Of a stretch of DNA of 64,000 nt, positions 48,966-61,000 are shown in pieces. The position numbers and the translations under genes are program-made. The stretch is from IMG/VR virus record IMGVR_UViG_3300028048_001599; one strand, written 5' to 3'. How positions within the stretch are numbered: position 1 is the first letter of the stretch; each line of letters starts with the position of its first letter. This DNA comes from a virus. Its lineage: Duplodnaviria; Heunggongvirae; Uroviricota; Caudoviricetes. The notes under the pieces were generated by a model. That model saw nothing but the letters and a program-made list of their open reading frames with translations. It was not told where the DNA came from and searched no databases.

Positions 48966-49231
48966 TGAAGGAAGTGGTAATAATGGTTGTAAAAAAGACA
49001 CAATCAGCAAGAATTAAGGAAATAGCAAAAGTTTTAGATTTACCTGAGGTTACGGTTAAACGTGTAATAGATGAGTACATTGCAAGTTTGCAGTATTCTA
49101 TAATTCAAGGCGAGGACATAGAAGTCCGAGGGGTATTTCAAGTAAGTGCAGAAGAAATTGGTGGTAGAATAGTACCACGGGGCACTGTTTCTCCTGCACT
49201 GAAAGAACGGGCAAAAAGGGGTTACATCTAA
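48965..49231 (+). CDS. HU/IHF-like DNA-binding protein with shortened arm
   Basis: IKEIAKVLDLPEVTVKRVIDEY...IIQGEDIEVRGVFQV...SPALKE fits the HU fold. The arm (RNPxTG) is missing. Confidence 0.6.
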   Translation: MKEVVIMVVKKTQSARIKEIAKVLDLPEVTVKRVIDEYIASLQYSIIQGEDIEVRGVFQVSAEEIGGRIVPRGTVSPALKERAKRGYI

Positions 49232-49848
49232 TGTTGTACAAGACCCATAAAGCTGCAGGTCTACTCGGTTGTTTAATTGCATTTGATGTAATGAAAAATA
49301 ACGGGCAGTTAGCACCTAATATTAACGAATTTGTACAGTTAGCTATCATTTACCCTGCTTGTTCTTGGGCTTCTACTGCTCCAGACCTTGACCATGCTAT
49401 ATGCAATGTAAAGGAACAAACTCCTATTAATATAGCAATAAATAAATTATTACATATAGGTAAATGTACCCACAGGTCGGTACAAACTCATAGTGTTTTA
49501 TTCACTGGTGGTTTTTGTTTATTACTGTTTGGTTTACTTCAATTATTAGGGTCACCAAATGTAGGGGTAGACGAAAACAGCATTGGTATAATAAGACTTA
49601 TGCTGTTAGGTATAACTTTCGGTATAGCAAGTCATCTGATAATGGATAGTTTATCTACAGCTGGTATTTGGTTAGTACCTAAATTGAAGTTTCGGTTAGT
49701 TCCGAACAGAAAAACTTTTGCAACGGGTGGTAAATGGGAGGACATTGTTAGATTTTTAGTATGTATTGCTATAGTCTATATGTGTATTCACTTGGTTGTT
49801 CGATGGTGTGGTTTTTCATTAACAATCGGGGGTATCCCAATACTTTAG
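49231..49848 (+). CDS. YdjM/DUF457-type membrane metal-dependent hydrolase
   Basis: TH, PDLDH, HRSxxTHS and SHLIMD motifs with TM helices. Confidence 0.8.
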   Translation: MLYKTHKAAGLLGCLIAFDVMKNNGQLAPNINEFVQLAIIYPACSWASTAPDLDHAICNVKEQTPINIAINKLLHIGKCTHRSVQTHSVLFTGGFCLLLFGLLQLLGSPNVGVDENSIGIIRLMLLGITFGIASHLIMDSLSTAGIWLVPKLKFRLVPNRKTFATGGKWEDIVRFLVCIAIVYMCIHLVVRWCGFSLTIGGIPIL

Positions 49849-49865
49849 TTAAATAATTATGAAAG

Positions 49866-50804
49866 GTGGTAAAACTTATGACAGGTTCTATTAAGTCTGA
49901 TAGACTTGTAACACGTGTTGTTGCTGTAATTTTATCTGCACTTGTAGCGTTGTCGATGATGTTTGCTTTTGGTGGTACTTCAGCTAATGCTGTTACGGTA
50001 CTTACAACAAATGGGGGTAAGAGCCTTAATTCCTTACTAACTGCGGATATCAGCGGTTATAGTTCGCATTTCTCGGAATATAACATAAAAAAATTAGCAC
50101 AGAAATTTGACTTTAAGTCAAAGGGTAAGGGTGGTGAGCTTCGTAATGACCAGGTTTTTATAATCCAAAACAATAAGAAGTTCACATTTAAAGGTGAGGT
50201 TTTTGAGGACATTGACGATAGTTCATTACAGCAAGACTTGATTCGTTGTTTTGCAAAAGAGATGACAAAGAAGTCAGTTTACTCATTTTCTGATTCGGAC
50301 CGTCAGGCAATTTATAATGAAATAAAAGATGGTTGCGGACCTGCTAATGCTGCTATGGTTGCTGCATTATTCAGTGATACTAAGGCTGACATGTTCTCAG
50401 CACTTAATATCTTTGCTCCGTTTAATGGTATCGTAGGTACACTTCTTGGTATTGCTGTACTTGTTATCATTGTTCTTCTTATTGCATCTACTGCTATGGA
50501 TATTGCTTACATCAACTTCCCTGTTGCACGTAACTTTATGTATGGTAAAGATGATAAAGGTGGCGGAGGCGGAGATAGTAAGTCCTCAAAACCTTGGGGT
50601 GTTACTTCGGACGCATGGTCTGTCGTTAATGAATGTGAGGCAGGCGGAGATAAGGGGTATAAAAATGCAAACATTGCTTACTTCAAGAGAAGGGCACTTA
50701 CTTACATTGTTGTATCTATCCTCATTCTCTATCTCCTGAGTGGTCAGATTGCAGGACTTATTGCATGGCTCATGCAGTTGGTTAGTGGCTTTAAGATTAA
50801 CTAA
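49866..50804 (+). CDS. Signal peptide + two-TM pilin-like membrane protein (family A)
   Basis: Signal ending ANA; MDIAYINFPVAR...VTSDA...YFKRRAL module. Confidence 0.75.
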   Translation: MVKLMTGSIKSDRLVTRVVAVILSALVALSMMFAFGGTSANAVTVLTTNGGKSLNSLLTADISGYSSHFSEYNIKKLAQKFDFKSKGKGGELRNDQVFIIQNNKKFTFKGEVFEDIDDSSLQQDLIRCFAKEMTKKSVYSFSDSDRQAIYNEIKDGCGPANAAMVAALFSDTKADMFSALNIFAPFNGIVGTLLGIAVLVIIVLLIASTAMDIAYINFPVARNFMYGKDDKGGGGGDSKSSKPWGVTSDAWSVVNECEAGGDKGYKNANIAYFKRRALTYIVVSILILYLLSGQIAGLIAWLMQLVSGFKIN

Positions 50805-50867
50805 TGCTGATTTGGCACACAGGATGCGAGGAAAACATAAGGTTTTCGTAACCTGTTGAACTTATTG

Positions 50868-50898
50868 ACCTCGTATAACAAAAAGTTGTACGAGGTCT
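50868..50898 (+). terminator. Terminator hairpin (middle of three consecutive hairpins, 50820-50949)
   Basis: GACCTCGTATAAC-AAAAA-GTTGTACGAGGTC then TCTTTATTTT. Confidence 0.7.
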
Positions 50899-50983
50899 CT
50901 TTATTTTATTACTAATTAATCTATTTCGATAAATTAATTAGTAATGAAATAAAGTTTGTAATTAAATTGAAAAGGGTGGTTTT

Positions 50984-51865
50984 ATGTGTAAACATTTAAA
51001 ATATTTAGTTTGCATCGTGGTGATAATGTGTATAACAATGTCGATATCAATGGGGGTATCTGCGACTGAGACAATTTCTGACAGTGATTATACTAAGTTT
51101 GTTGAGATGTTGAAGAAGACTGAATCTGGTTCAGGCGAGGATGATAACTGTAATGCTATTAAACTTCCTGATGGGTCTACATTTGCACTATTCAAGTTTG
51201 AAAAATCATCAGGTAATTTTCATGACATAACATTTAATGCACAGGAGTTTGAGCTTTTAGGTGATTATGAACAAAAGATTACATTGAAAAACTTTGAGGA
51301 GGCTTTAAATGCTTCAAGTATATCAGACCAAGGCAAACAGTATATCTACAATGAGGTTAGATATAGTTACGATTACGATATAAGATTAATACAAGAAAAG
51401 GTAATTGATGACGTTCAGCCAAATATGTTCTTAAGTTATGAATTGTTTCACCCATTCAGTGGGGTAATAAGTACTATTGTTGGCTGTGTTTGTGTTGTTA
51501 CATTGATGTCTTTGGTTGTTACTGTAGTTCTTGATGTAATGTACATGCAATTTCCAGTTTTTCGTGAGAAAACTTTCCAGGCTACACAGCGTGGTGGTGG
51601 CGGACGTTTTAGCTTTATTAAGAATCGTACTCAGATAGAAAGACCATGGTTTATATCATATGAAGCTGCATATGCAAATAAGGTTAATGTTGAAAGTAAC
51701 GGTACTAGAAATGCTTTATTAATTTACCTTAGATATAGAGCATTAACATTTATAGTTGTTGCTTTTTGTGTGGTATATCTTATGAATGGTATGTTTGTTG
51801 GTATTGTAAGTAAAATATGGGATTTGTTCTCACCCATGTTTGCGCCGGAAATATGGGGAGCATAA
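50984..51865 (+). CDS. Signal peptide + two-TM pilin-like membrane protein (family A)
   Basis: Signal ending VSA; LDVMYMQFPVFR...ISYEA...YLRYRAL module. Confidence 0.75.
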   Translation: MCKHLKYLVCIVVIMCITMSISMGVSATETISDSDYTKFVEMLKKTESGSGEDDNCNAIKLPDGSTFALFKFEKSSGNFHDITFNAQEFELLGDYEQKITLKNFEEALNASSISDQGKQYIYNEVRYSYDYDIRLIQEKVIDDVQPNMFLSYELFHPFSGVISTIVGCVCVVTLMSLVVTVVLDVMYMQFPVFREKTFQATQRGGGGRFSFIKNRTQIERPWFISYEAAYANKVNVESNGTRNALLIYLRYRALTFIVVAFCVVYLMNGMFVGIVSKIWDLFSPMFAPEIWGA

Positions 51866-51877
51866 GGGGGTACTTGA

Positions 51878-53695
51878 ATGACGAAAAAAATATTATGTTT
51901 AAGTACTGTTTTATTATTGTTATTTACATACATTACGAGCTTCTCAGTGCTTGGAACGTCAGACCCAGGTTCAATGGCGGACATGAATAATAGAACAGGT
52001 GTTTTGAAGTGGACTTTGTCAATTCAGGAGAGTAATGGTACATATAGAAATTTAGATTCTAATACTTACTATATAGCTTCACCTATAACTCCTACTGGTG
52101 ATAAGTCTTTCGCAACAGGTAGTAATGTTCAGTTAAGCATTAAAAATATAGTTACAAATAACAATAATATAATGGTTAGTGCTACTGTTTTAAAATCCAA
52201 AAAATCGAATGATTACGTTAGATATGCTGACGGTACAATAGTTAAAATAAAGGAGACTAAGAAAGACAAGCACTACAACTATAGTGGCGAGGATATCAAC
52301 AAATATAGCCTAATGTTAGATGGTTCTTCTATTGACGTATATAAAGCTAAGGATAAATATACCAAAACTACAATGACTATTCCGGCAGATGGTTTTCCTG
52401 AACGATATACTGTATATGTAAATAAGCGGACAGCACAGAATAAGTATAAAAATACGGAAATAAATAGTAGTACAGGTATAAGATATGACTTGGATGCGAA
52501 AGTGTTTGACTATTATGTAAGTCTACCTAACATGACAAACTCGGCAAGACGTAATATTGGAACTAATGACCCATTTTCTCAGTATGCAAATGCGTTTAAG
52601 TTATCTACTGTTGTATCTCAATCAAATACAATGATGTATAATTACTTAGCAAGTAGGGCTTGTTTCGATTTAGGAACATGTTTTACACGAGGTCAAGGAT
52701 TTTATGATATAGGTGTTAATTATCAGTTTAACTCTTCTTTTTCGACTTATTTAGAAGATTTTTCTTCTTATAAACGTTGTTGGTCAGTTGGGGTACAATC
52801 ATCGCACTTATCTTCTTCTGTTTCGGTTAAGTTAAATAATACAAGTTCAGTCGGTGGTACAACAACTGCTAAGAATGTAGAATTACCCTATATTATCAGT
52901 GGCACAGGGGTAGCACCTTTTGAATATAAGGTTACTTATGTTAAAGAAGCTGATGTAACTGAAAAAGATGGTAAATATACAGTTAAGGAAGACGCTACTA
53001 TAATTGATGTAGCTCATGAATCGAATGTTCCACTCAAAACAGAAGCAGGTCTAATAAAAGACGGGGTATCGATGGAGTTTACTGAAAATGGAACATATTA
53101 TGTCATAATAGCACTTAAAGACTCAAAATCAGCTTTTATTAGTAAGTACTTCAAGGTCGATGTTGTAGACGCAAATGATTTATTAAACAATGGAGGTTCT
53201 GAAGCATCTGGTGCAAATAATGGTACTGAGGAAGAAAGTGTAATACCTGATAGAACTCAAATTGAGGCTAATAGAGAGCTTACTTTTGATGAACAGAAAA
53301 GGGTAGACGAAATAAATAAAAATAGGCAAAATGCCACGGAAATGGGTTTGTGGTCGTGGGTATACACATTCTCGTTTTTGTGTGGTATTTGTTTATTGAT
53401 TTATAGTTTATTGTTGCTTGTATCATTTTATATAGACGTATTCAATTCGTTTACTGACTTTAGTTTAACCAAAACTCTCACATTCGGTAGAATGTACCCT
53501 GTGGGTTCTAGGAAAAACATGGAAAGTTTGAATTTATCACGTGATAAAGATAGTAAAACATACTATACCACAAATGTTACAATATGGGTTTCGTTCTGTA
53601 TAGGGGTATTAGCGTCGGCACTTTTAATGAACGCTCAGACTATAATTATAGCATTTTTAGACTTGGCTAATTGGTTTAATAACATTTTATCATAG
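51878..53695 (+). CDS. Large extracellular domain + C-terminal two-TM module (family B)
   Basis: Signal peptide. The C-terminal ~140 aa are closely similar to those of the 53716 ORF (RELTFDEQ...EMGLWS...FYIDVFNSFT...LTFG). Confidence 0.8.
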   Translation: MTKKILCLSTVLLLLFTYITSFSVLGTSDPGSMADMNNRTGVLKWTLSIQESNGTYRNLDSNTYYIASPITPTGDKSFATGSNVQLSIKNIVTNNNNIMVSATVLKSKKSNDYVRYADGTIVKIKETKKDKHYNYSGEDINKYSLMLDGSSIDVYKAKDKYTKTTMTIPADGFPERYTVYVNKRTAQNKYKNTEINSSTGIRYDLDAKVFDYYVSLPNMTNSARRNIGTNDPFSQYANAFKLSTVVSQSNTMMYNYLASRACFDLGTCFTRGQGFYDIGVNYQFNSSFSTYLEDFSSYKRCWSVGVQSSHLSSSVSVKLNNTSSVGGTTTAKNVELPYIISGTGVAPFEYKVTYVKEADVTEKDGKYTVKEDATIIDVAHESNVPLKTEAGLIKDGVSMEFTENGTYYVIIALKDSKSAFISKYFKVDVVDANDLLNNGGSEASGANNGTEEESVIPDRTQIEANRELTFDEQKRVDEINKNRQNATEMGLWSWVYTFSFLCGICLLIYSLLLLVSFYIDVFNSFTDFSLTKTLTFGRMYPVGSRKNMESLNLSRDKDSKTYYTTNVTIWVSFCIGVLASALLMNAQTIIIAFLDLANWFNNILS

Positions 53696-53715
53696 TTAAT
53701 AAGAAGGTTGATACA

Positions 53716-55089
53716 ATGGTGAGAAAGAAAATTAAATATATTTTAAGTTTTATTGTGGTCTTAAGTATTGTACTTTCGTCTTGTTTAACTTTGACTGTAT
53801 TTGCAGAAAAAGATGATAAAATAGATAAACTTATAGGCGATGGTGGTACTGCAACCGGTGTAGGTCTTGCTACATGGATGATGCAATGTTACGTGGATGG
53901 TTGGGACTATCAAGAGGGGCAACAAGGATGGGGTGCAGCCGATTGTAGTGGTACAATAGCATATTATAGAAATGCAGGTATTGGTGCTTGCGGGATAACA
54001 GACATGATGGGTTCGGCAAAGGCAAAAAATTTACCTACTGGTGGTGCCGTTAATGGTAGGTTTCTTAAGACTTCTGATATGCCAAGAGTACATGGTATAA
54101 TAATGCATCATCCAGGACATGTAGGTGTGTTTTTAGGTAGTCAGGTAACATTGACTCAAGACGTTAATGGTAAATATGGTAAAGGTAATAGAAAAGGTGT
54201 AACACTTACAGGTAATGAACTTGATAATTCGGATTATGGTGTAGGACTTGTACTTAGAAACATGGATAATGCGGAAGGATCATGGACTGATTGGGGTTTT
54301 GCTGTCGGTTGTAAGTATCCAACTAAAGGGTTTGTTAAATTTAATAATAAAGTATTCTATTACGAACCTACAAACAAGGGGTACAGTGAATATGTAGTAA
54401 ATAAAACTGTGAAAGTAGACGGTAAAGATTATAAATTTAACGACAAGGGTGAATGTACAAGTGACACGAGTAGTGTAAAATTTGAGCAAACAACTTTTGG
54501 AACACCATCGGCATCGAGTGGTTCATCTAATAATAGTTCATCAGGTACTTCCGAAAATTCAGGTGAAACATCTGATTCAGAGTCAAGTGGGGGTACTACA
54601 GCAGTACAACCAGAGGAAGAATCTTACGCTGATAAAGAGCAGTTAGCAGCCGAACGTGATTTAACATACGAGGAGCAAGTAAGGCTTGAAGCAATAAATA
54701 ATGACATTAAGAATAAGCGAGAAATGGGTATATGGTCAGGAATATACACATTTTCAGGTTTATGCGGAATACTTATATTAATTTACAGTTTAATGTTGTT
54801 AGTTGCATTTTACATAGATTTATTTAATTCTTTTACTGAAAAAAGTTTACTACAGCTACTGACATTTGGTAAAATGTACTCAATAGGTAGTAGTAAAAAC
54901 AGGGAGTTTCTTGGTGCTATTGCTGAGGACAAAAAAGGCATTGTATATGCTACGCATGCTACAATATGGGCTTCATTCTGTATAGGGGTAATAGCATCGG
55001 CAGTTTTGATGAATATGCAAACAATTGTAGTGTTGTTCTTAAACATAGCAGATTGGTTTAGTGACCTATTAAATTTTGATATGAATTGA
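53716..55089 (+). CDS. NlpC/P60-type peptidoglycan hydrolase + cell-wall-binding repeat + C-terminal two-TM module (family B)
   Basis: ADCSG and HPGHVGVF catalytic motifs. PRVHG and KYPxxG(F/W)VK shared with the 41705 ORF. Confidence 0.75.
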   Translation: MVRKKIKYILSFIVVLSIVLSSCLTLTVFAEKDDKIDKLIGDGGTATGVGLATWMMQCYVDGWDYQEGQQGWGAADCSGTIAYYRNAGIGACGITDMMGSAKAKNLPTGGAVNGRFLKTSDMPRVHGIIMHHPGHVGVFLGSQVTLTQDVNGKYGKGNRKGVTLTGNELDNSDYGVGLVLRNMDNAEGSWTDWGFAVGCKYPTKGFVKFNNKVFYYEPTNKGYSEYVVNKTVKVDGKDYKFNDKGECTSDTSSVKFEQTTFGTPSASSGSSNNSSSGTSENSGETSDSESSGGTTAVQPEEESYADKEQLAAERDLTYEEQVRLEAINNDIKNKREMGIWSGIYTFSGLCGILILIYSLMLLVAFYIDLFNSFTEKSLLQLLTFGKMYSIGSSKNREFLGAIAEDKKGIVYATHATIWASFCIGVIASAVLMNMQTIVVLFLNIADWFSDLLNFDMN

Positions 55090-58000
55090 TTGGAGTGGTT
55101 TACGTGAGGAAGTTACGAAAAACAATAAAAATAGGGGTATCGCTACTTTTATCTGTAGCGATACTTTTGTGTTCAGGTATCGTTGTATATGCGGATGAAC
55201 CTACAGAAACAGATAGTGGGGGTACAGCTACGAGGGGAAACTATTCCACAATGGCAGGTAACATGCTTAAGAATTTTGCAGACGGTGGTGAAGGTAGTTT
55301 AACTATTGATAAAATATCTGCAACAGAATTTAGAGCTTGGGGTGTATTGGTTTCTAACTATGTAATACCATTTTATACTAACCCAACTGATATAACTAAA
55401 GACTTAGATTTAAAAGACTCATCAGGGGAGAAAAAATTTAATGTATGGAAACATTTATGTAAAATATGGCAAAAGTCAGGTAAAGATGAGGCACCTGATT
55501 CAAGTTTGTTAGCACAGTTAAGGCAGAAATATCAAGCTTGTTTTGCAACCGATAAAATGCAGAAAATATACTTAGATAGTTCTAATGAAGTTGCTAAAGT
55601 AGGCGACCTTATAACTAATGATAATATATTAAGTAACACAGATATGCTTTATTGGAAAGATGGTAGTTCTAAAAAATACATATTCAATATGGGTACTTAT
55701 AATGATAAAGCCGTATGCGCACTTGTTCGTTCAGTAAATTGTAAAACAGCTTTAGATCAAGACATGTTAGGTAAAGATTTATTTATATCTTGTTTTGGCG
55801 ACATATGTGCCTCAAAAGGGGGTAATGATGTAACTGTAATAATTCCAGCTTGCTTAAACCCATATTCTTTTGGTAAAGATGGAACTAAATTTATGATGAA
55901 CAATATGTTTGTGTTGGGTAATTTTTTATCACGAGATAATATAACTACAGATATAAAGTCAAATGACAATGGTGGAAATCTGTTTGACTCAGATGGTAAG
56001 GTAACCGATCATGCAACATGTACTGGTAATGAAACGACTACCTATGGTTCTTATTTTTACGGTAGAAAGATTGGTGCTAGTAGTTGGTTAAGTATATTTT
56101 TACACATTTCTAGTGATTCTATGGTACCTTATTTGCAGAGGGCGAGAGACGGAATTAAAGTCGATAACAGTGATGGTGACGTATTTGTAGCAGGTTTATC
56201 ACGTTATCATCCGAAGGATGGTTGTAGGGATACAGACTTAGCACAGGGGGTAGATTCATATTTAGCGTTTACACAGCCATTATGGTCTATCGGTACATTG
56301 AAATATATCGCAGATGAAACTAGTTATAAAAACGTTATAGGAATAACTGGACGTTCAAAATTAGTTGATAGTGATAAGATATTTTATAATAACAATGATA
56401 AAGGCATATTTACGAGATCTTCAGAATTGGCCTCTAATATTAGTTCTTTAAACTCAACCTTATTTACTTATAATTACACAAAAGAAGGAAATCTTTTTGG
56501 TTGGTCATCTACTGACTCAATAAATCATGAGAAACTTAATGATAAATATGGTATAGTAGATAAAACATATTTTCAAGCACAAATAGGTGGGTTTGGTGTC
56601 GCTAAAGATACAAGTGGAAAAATTAAAGTTTCATATAAGGATAATGGTGCAGATAAAGAGAAACAAATTCATGGGTCAATTAACGACTATACATCGTTAT
56701 TTAATGAAGTAGATAAAAATAGTAATAATGAAGCTCGTTATGTAACTATGTTTTTAGCAGGGCAGTACGTAGATGATGCAGTGGATAGTACGGGTCAGGG
56801 TTTTACAGATAACCGTATTAAATCTGTGGATAGACTGACTTGTTTTCAAATTCCAGTAGACAAAACAATATCAAAGTTAGGTATTTTTAACACTATTGCA
56901 AATTCTGACACTGCAAATTTTAAAACAATTAAAGCTATAAATTATACTGATGTCGGTGAAGGATCACAATTGAAAAAATACCATAGTAAAGCTATAAACT
57001 ACAAATCGCAAGGTAATAACGCAGCAGCTAATAGTGATTATAATAATGCTGTTGCAATGCCTGAGTCTTTATATGCACTAAATTGTCAAGACCTTAAAAG
57101 TTCTAATGCAGTCAAACTTTCTGATGGTGGTTTGTATTTAGCATCTGACCGTAATTTATTTGCTAATATATACTGGGCATATATTGAGGATATAGTAGGT
57201 ATCACAGCAGAAGACATAGAAAAGGCTATTGCGAATGGGTCTGAGGTCAAAGCACAAAAGATATCAACTGAGTTACCACCTGTTCCTGATTCTTCTGACT
57301 TTGCTTCTGATTTGGAAGCTCAGTTATCGAGTTCAGAAGTTGCGGATGAAGTGGCTGAAGCTGCTAACAGTGAACTTGAGAAAAAGCAGGCAAGTATCAT
57401 AGATTGGACATACAAGATTCTTTCAGGTGGTACATCTGGTGCTCTTGCAGACGCTGGTCAATATGTTATTAGTTGGTTAAAATCTCTTGTTGATGGTTTA
57501 TTCTTAGGTATGCATAATGCTATGGTAGGTATTGACGTAACGAATGGTTTGACTGGTACTGTGAAAGGTATAGGTAACACAAATCAGTCAGGTGTATATT
57601 CAACGGCAGTGGGGTATATAACAACACCAACATTTGATAGTCTACCTATAACAAGTTGGGTTACAAATAATTTTACGATAATGTACGTCGCCTTAATGTT
57701 ACTTGTAGTAGTAATATTGATATTTATGGTTGTATCGAAAGCACGACGAATACCGCAAGCAGTAGGGGTATTTATAGTGATGGCATTTGTATTAGTACTT
57801 CCAGCAAATTTACTAAACAATAGTATAAATATATCAAACATGGCTGCTGAAAAGATATATAGTGAAAAGTTTATGTACTGGGCAGTAATGCAACATGCGG
57901 AATATTTAGTTAATCAAGGTAAAGCCGATAATGTAGACCAACAGATTTTAGCAGATAACATGTCAAGACAGGCTGAGGCTACTAAAACAGGTGGTGTAAC

Positions 58001-61000
58001 TGTAAAATGGTTATGTCCTAAAAAGTGGGGTATCACTGAGCAAATAAAATCGGTAACAAAAAATACAAAGGGTTTAGGTTTGTTCTTGTACTTTGCTGGT
58101 GATATACTTGATGGTGAAGATTATAGTTATAATATATCTTCTGACGGAACATATTTATATCGTTCCTACACAGCTATATTTGTTGAAGCTAAGGGTTTGC
58201 AAAAATCACTCGATGAAACAAATAAAAACTATTCCGACAAATTAAGTGCTATATCTCCAAAGATAAGAGCCGAATGGAACGGTTCAAACAAAGCTAAATA
58301 TGGTGCTGTTACATTAACAAAGTCTGACGGTAAAAGTGGTTCGTACACTTTAGCTAATAAGACAACCGAAAATGGTTCTGTAAAAACTGTAACACCAGAT
58401 ACAAATTTGTTTAGATTTAAAACAATTCGTGGTGATACATTCTTTAGAGCAGCACTTGGTCAAAATAGTATTGATAAAGATGGTAAGTCTAAGGTTTATC
58501 CTGATGGTTATTATGACTCATATTACGGTTCTAATGGTATAATGAAGGTAAAAAATAACACGTTTAAATCAAACAATAGGATTTATTCGATGTATTTGGA
58601 TAGTAATTTGACATCGGCGGTATTTAACTTTAACGTCAACAATGTATCTTGGAACCCGATTACAAAAGCTAAGAAGTGCGGTCTTTGGATATCTGACGAT
58701 AATAGAGTCGCAGTTGACGAGGAAGTAGATGCTAATATCTACAAAGAAGGGGTAAGAACATTTCTTGATTATTCTGAGAGTCCTTATTATTATTTTTATA
58801 ATGTATTCTCTGATACAACTATTAAAACAGATAATAACGATACAATAAGTGGCGCTGATGACTTTGTAACTTTGTTATTAAGTGACGAGTTTTTCACTGT
58901 AACTGACCAAAAGAGTAAGGCATATGGTGAAGTTAAAGATTACCTTGATTTGGAAGGTCTATTTACATACATAATACCGTTCTTAGACTACGCTAATCAG
59001 GATGCTGCAAAATATTTTCAAAAGTGGGGGTACGATGTAAAACGTACGGACATTGAAGAAACCTCAGAAACATCAAAGAAAGAAACATCAAAGCAAGAAT
59101 CTTCTAAAAAAGAGACATCAAAACCTGAATCGTCTAAACCTGAGTCATCTACTGAGGAAACTTCCGAGGAAGTTGAGGAAGAAACACCAAAGACACAGGC
59201 AGAGCTTGATTACGAGGAGCATAAATCTCAAAATCAAGCTGTTTGGAACTTGTACTCACCTTGGGTAAATGCACTTATGGACGCTAATAATAAGGTTCAA
59301 ACAGCTAATTCAGGTTATGGTCAGGTAACAATTCTTGAAGCTTGTAACCCCGCTGATTATACCTATAATAATCGCCCAATGGCGTACTCACCAGCAGAAA
59401 AGCAATTGAGGGGTTATGCAGATATCGATCTTACTACGGTTGAATACAAGTTACAAAAAGTATTAAAAGAAACACGTGAAGATTTGATCGAGTTGTTGAA
59501 TTATAAAGACTTAACAGGTGAGGGGGTACCTGAAGGTAACGATATCCTTATAAGTGCTGCAGCAATGATTGCAACATTCCACTTCAATCAAGAATTTAGT
59601 GACACAGGTTTCATGTCAACTAATATTCAAATGTACCCTGTATCATTTGAGTTGAAGAATATGAACTATGACGCATATTTAAGACTTATAATGGGCAATT
59701 CAATGGGGGTAAATCAAGTTAAACTTATGAAGAATAAGAGTACAGCTAATCAAACAATCTATGAAACATTTGTTCATAACACATCAGCTGTTTCTGCTAT
59801 AATTCTTATTCTTGTAGACGCAATGGGTGTATTTGTAATACCAATTATGAAAATATTATTAATAGCTATTATATTCTTCTTAGCATTGGCACTATCCATA
59901 TCGTGTATTATAAATGCTCCTGAAAAATTGTTACCAACGATAATAAACACATTTGTATTACCTGTTTTAGGTATGATATCCATATTTACAATGCATGCAA
60001 TAGTGGTATCGTGGTTCATAGGCGACGGTGCATCAGGGGTAATAGACTCGCATAGTATAGCAATTACAACTGGTGACCCAACAATAACATTGCTACTGTT
60101 ACTAATTGTTGATGTTGTAACATCAATTTTAATGTGGAAACTTTTGAAATATGCTGCTGTATCAACTGTTAAGTATATAAAGGCAACATTTAGTGGTATT
60201 AAGGACATGGCTACAAATCTGTTTGGTAATATTGTTGGTTCTATTGGAGCAGTAGCAGGTGTAGGAACACTAGCTGTAGGTACTGCTGGACTTGTAGGAA
60301 AAGCGGCAACTGCAACTGCAAAAGTAGGGGCAGGGGTAGTCAAAGCAGGTGTTGGGCATCACAGAGCTAAAGTACAAAAAGAGATTGCTAAGAACACTCG
60401 TAATAATGGAAACGGACAAGGTAACAGAACTGAAAATGGTCAAGGTAATGGAAATGGACAAGGTCAAGGTCAGGCTCAGGGTCAAGGACAAGGTCAGGCT
60501 CAGGCTCAAGGACAGGGTTCAGGTCAAAACAATAATTCTTCTGGTAACAATTCTACTGTGTCATCTGATAATAATTCTAATGGTGACAACAATTCCAATG
60601 GTAATTCTACTAATGCTAAAATGTCATCTGAAAATAAGCAACAGATGGAACTTAAGAAAACTAATGAAACACTTAAGGAAATTAGTGGAAAACTTGACAG
60701 AGTTTCATTTAGTCGAAGTGTAGGTGGTTCACCTGCTAATCCTATGACTGGTTCACCATTTAAGGCTGATTTGGAAAACGCTCAAAAGACTGAAAGTGGT
60801 ATTTATGTATCAAATAACTCAGGTAAAAATGGAACTACAAACACTGAGTCTAAGAAAACCAAAATAAATAGTGCATCACCTGCTAGAGCCGCACAAAATT
60901 ACGGTAATTCAAGTACCGCATCAAATTTTGATTTTGGTTTTGGTAATAAAGAGCCATCTGGAAACTCTGCTAAACCTGTGAAATTGTTTGGAGCGGATGG

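Noticed and set aside
13274-60723. Short + strand ORFs nested out of frame in larger genes (e.g. 15086, 17403, 19407, 20476, 25734, 46072, 60349)
   Set aside because: Alternative-frame artefacts of repeats or biased codon usage, with no translation signals.
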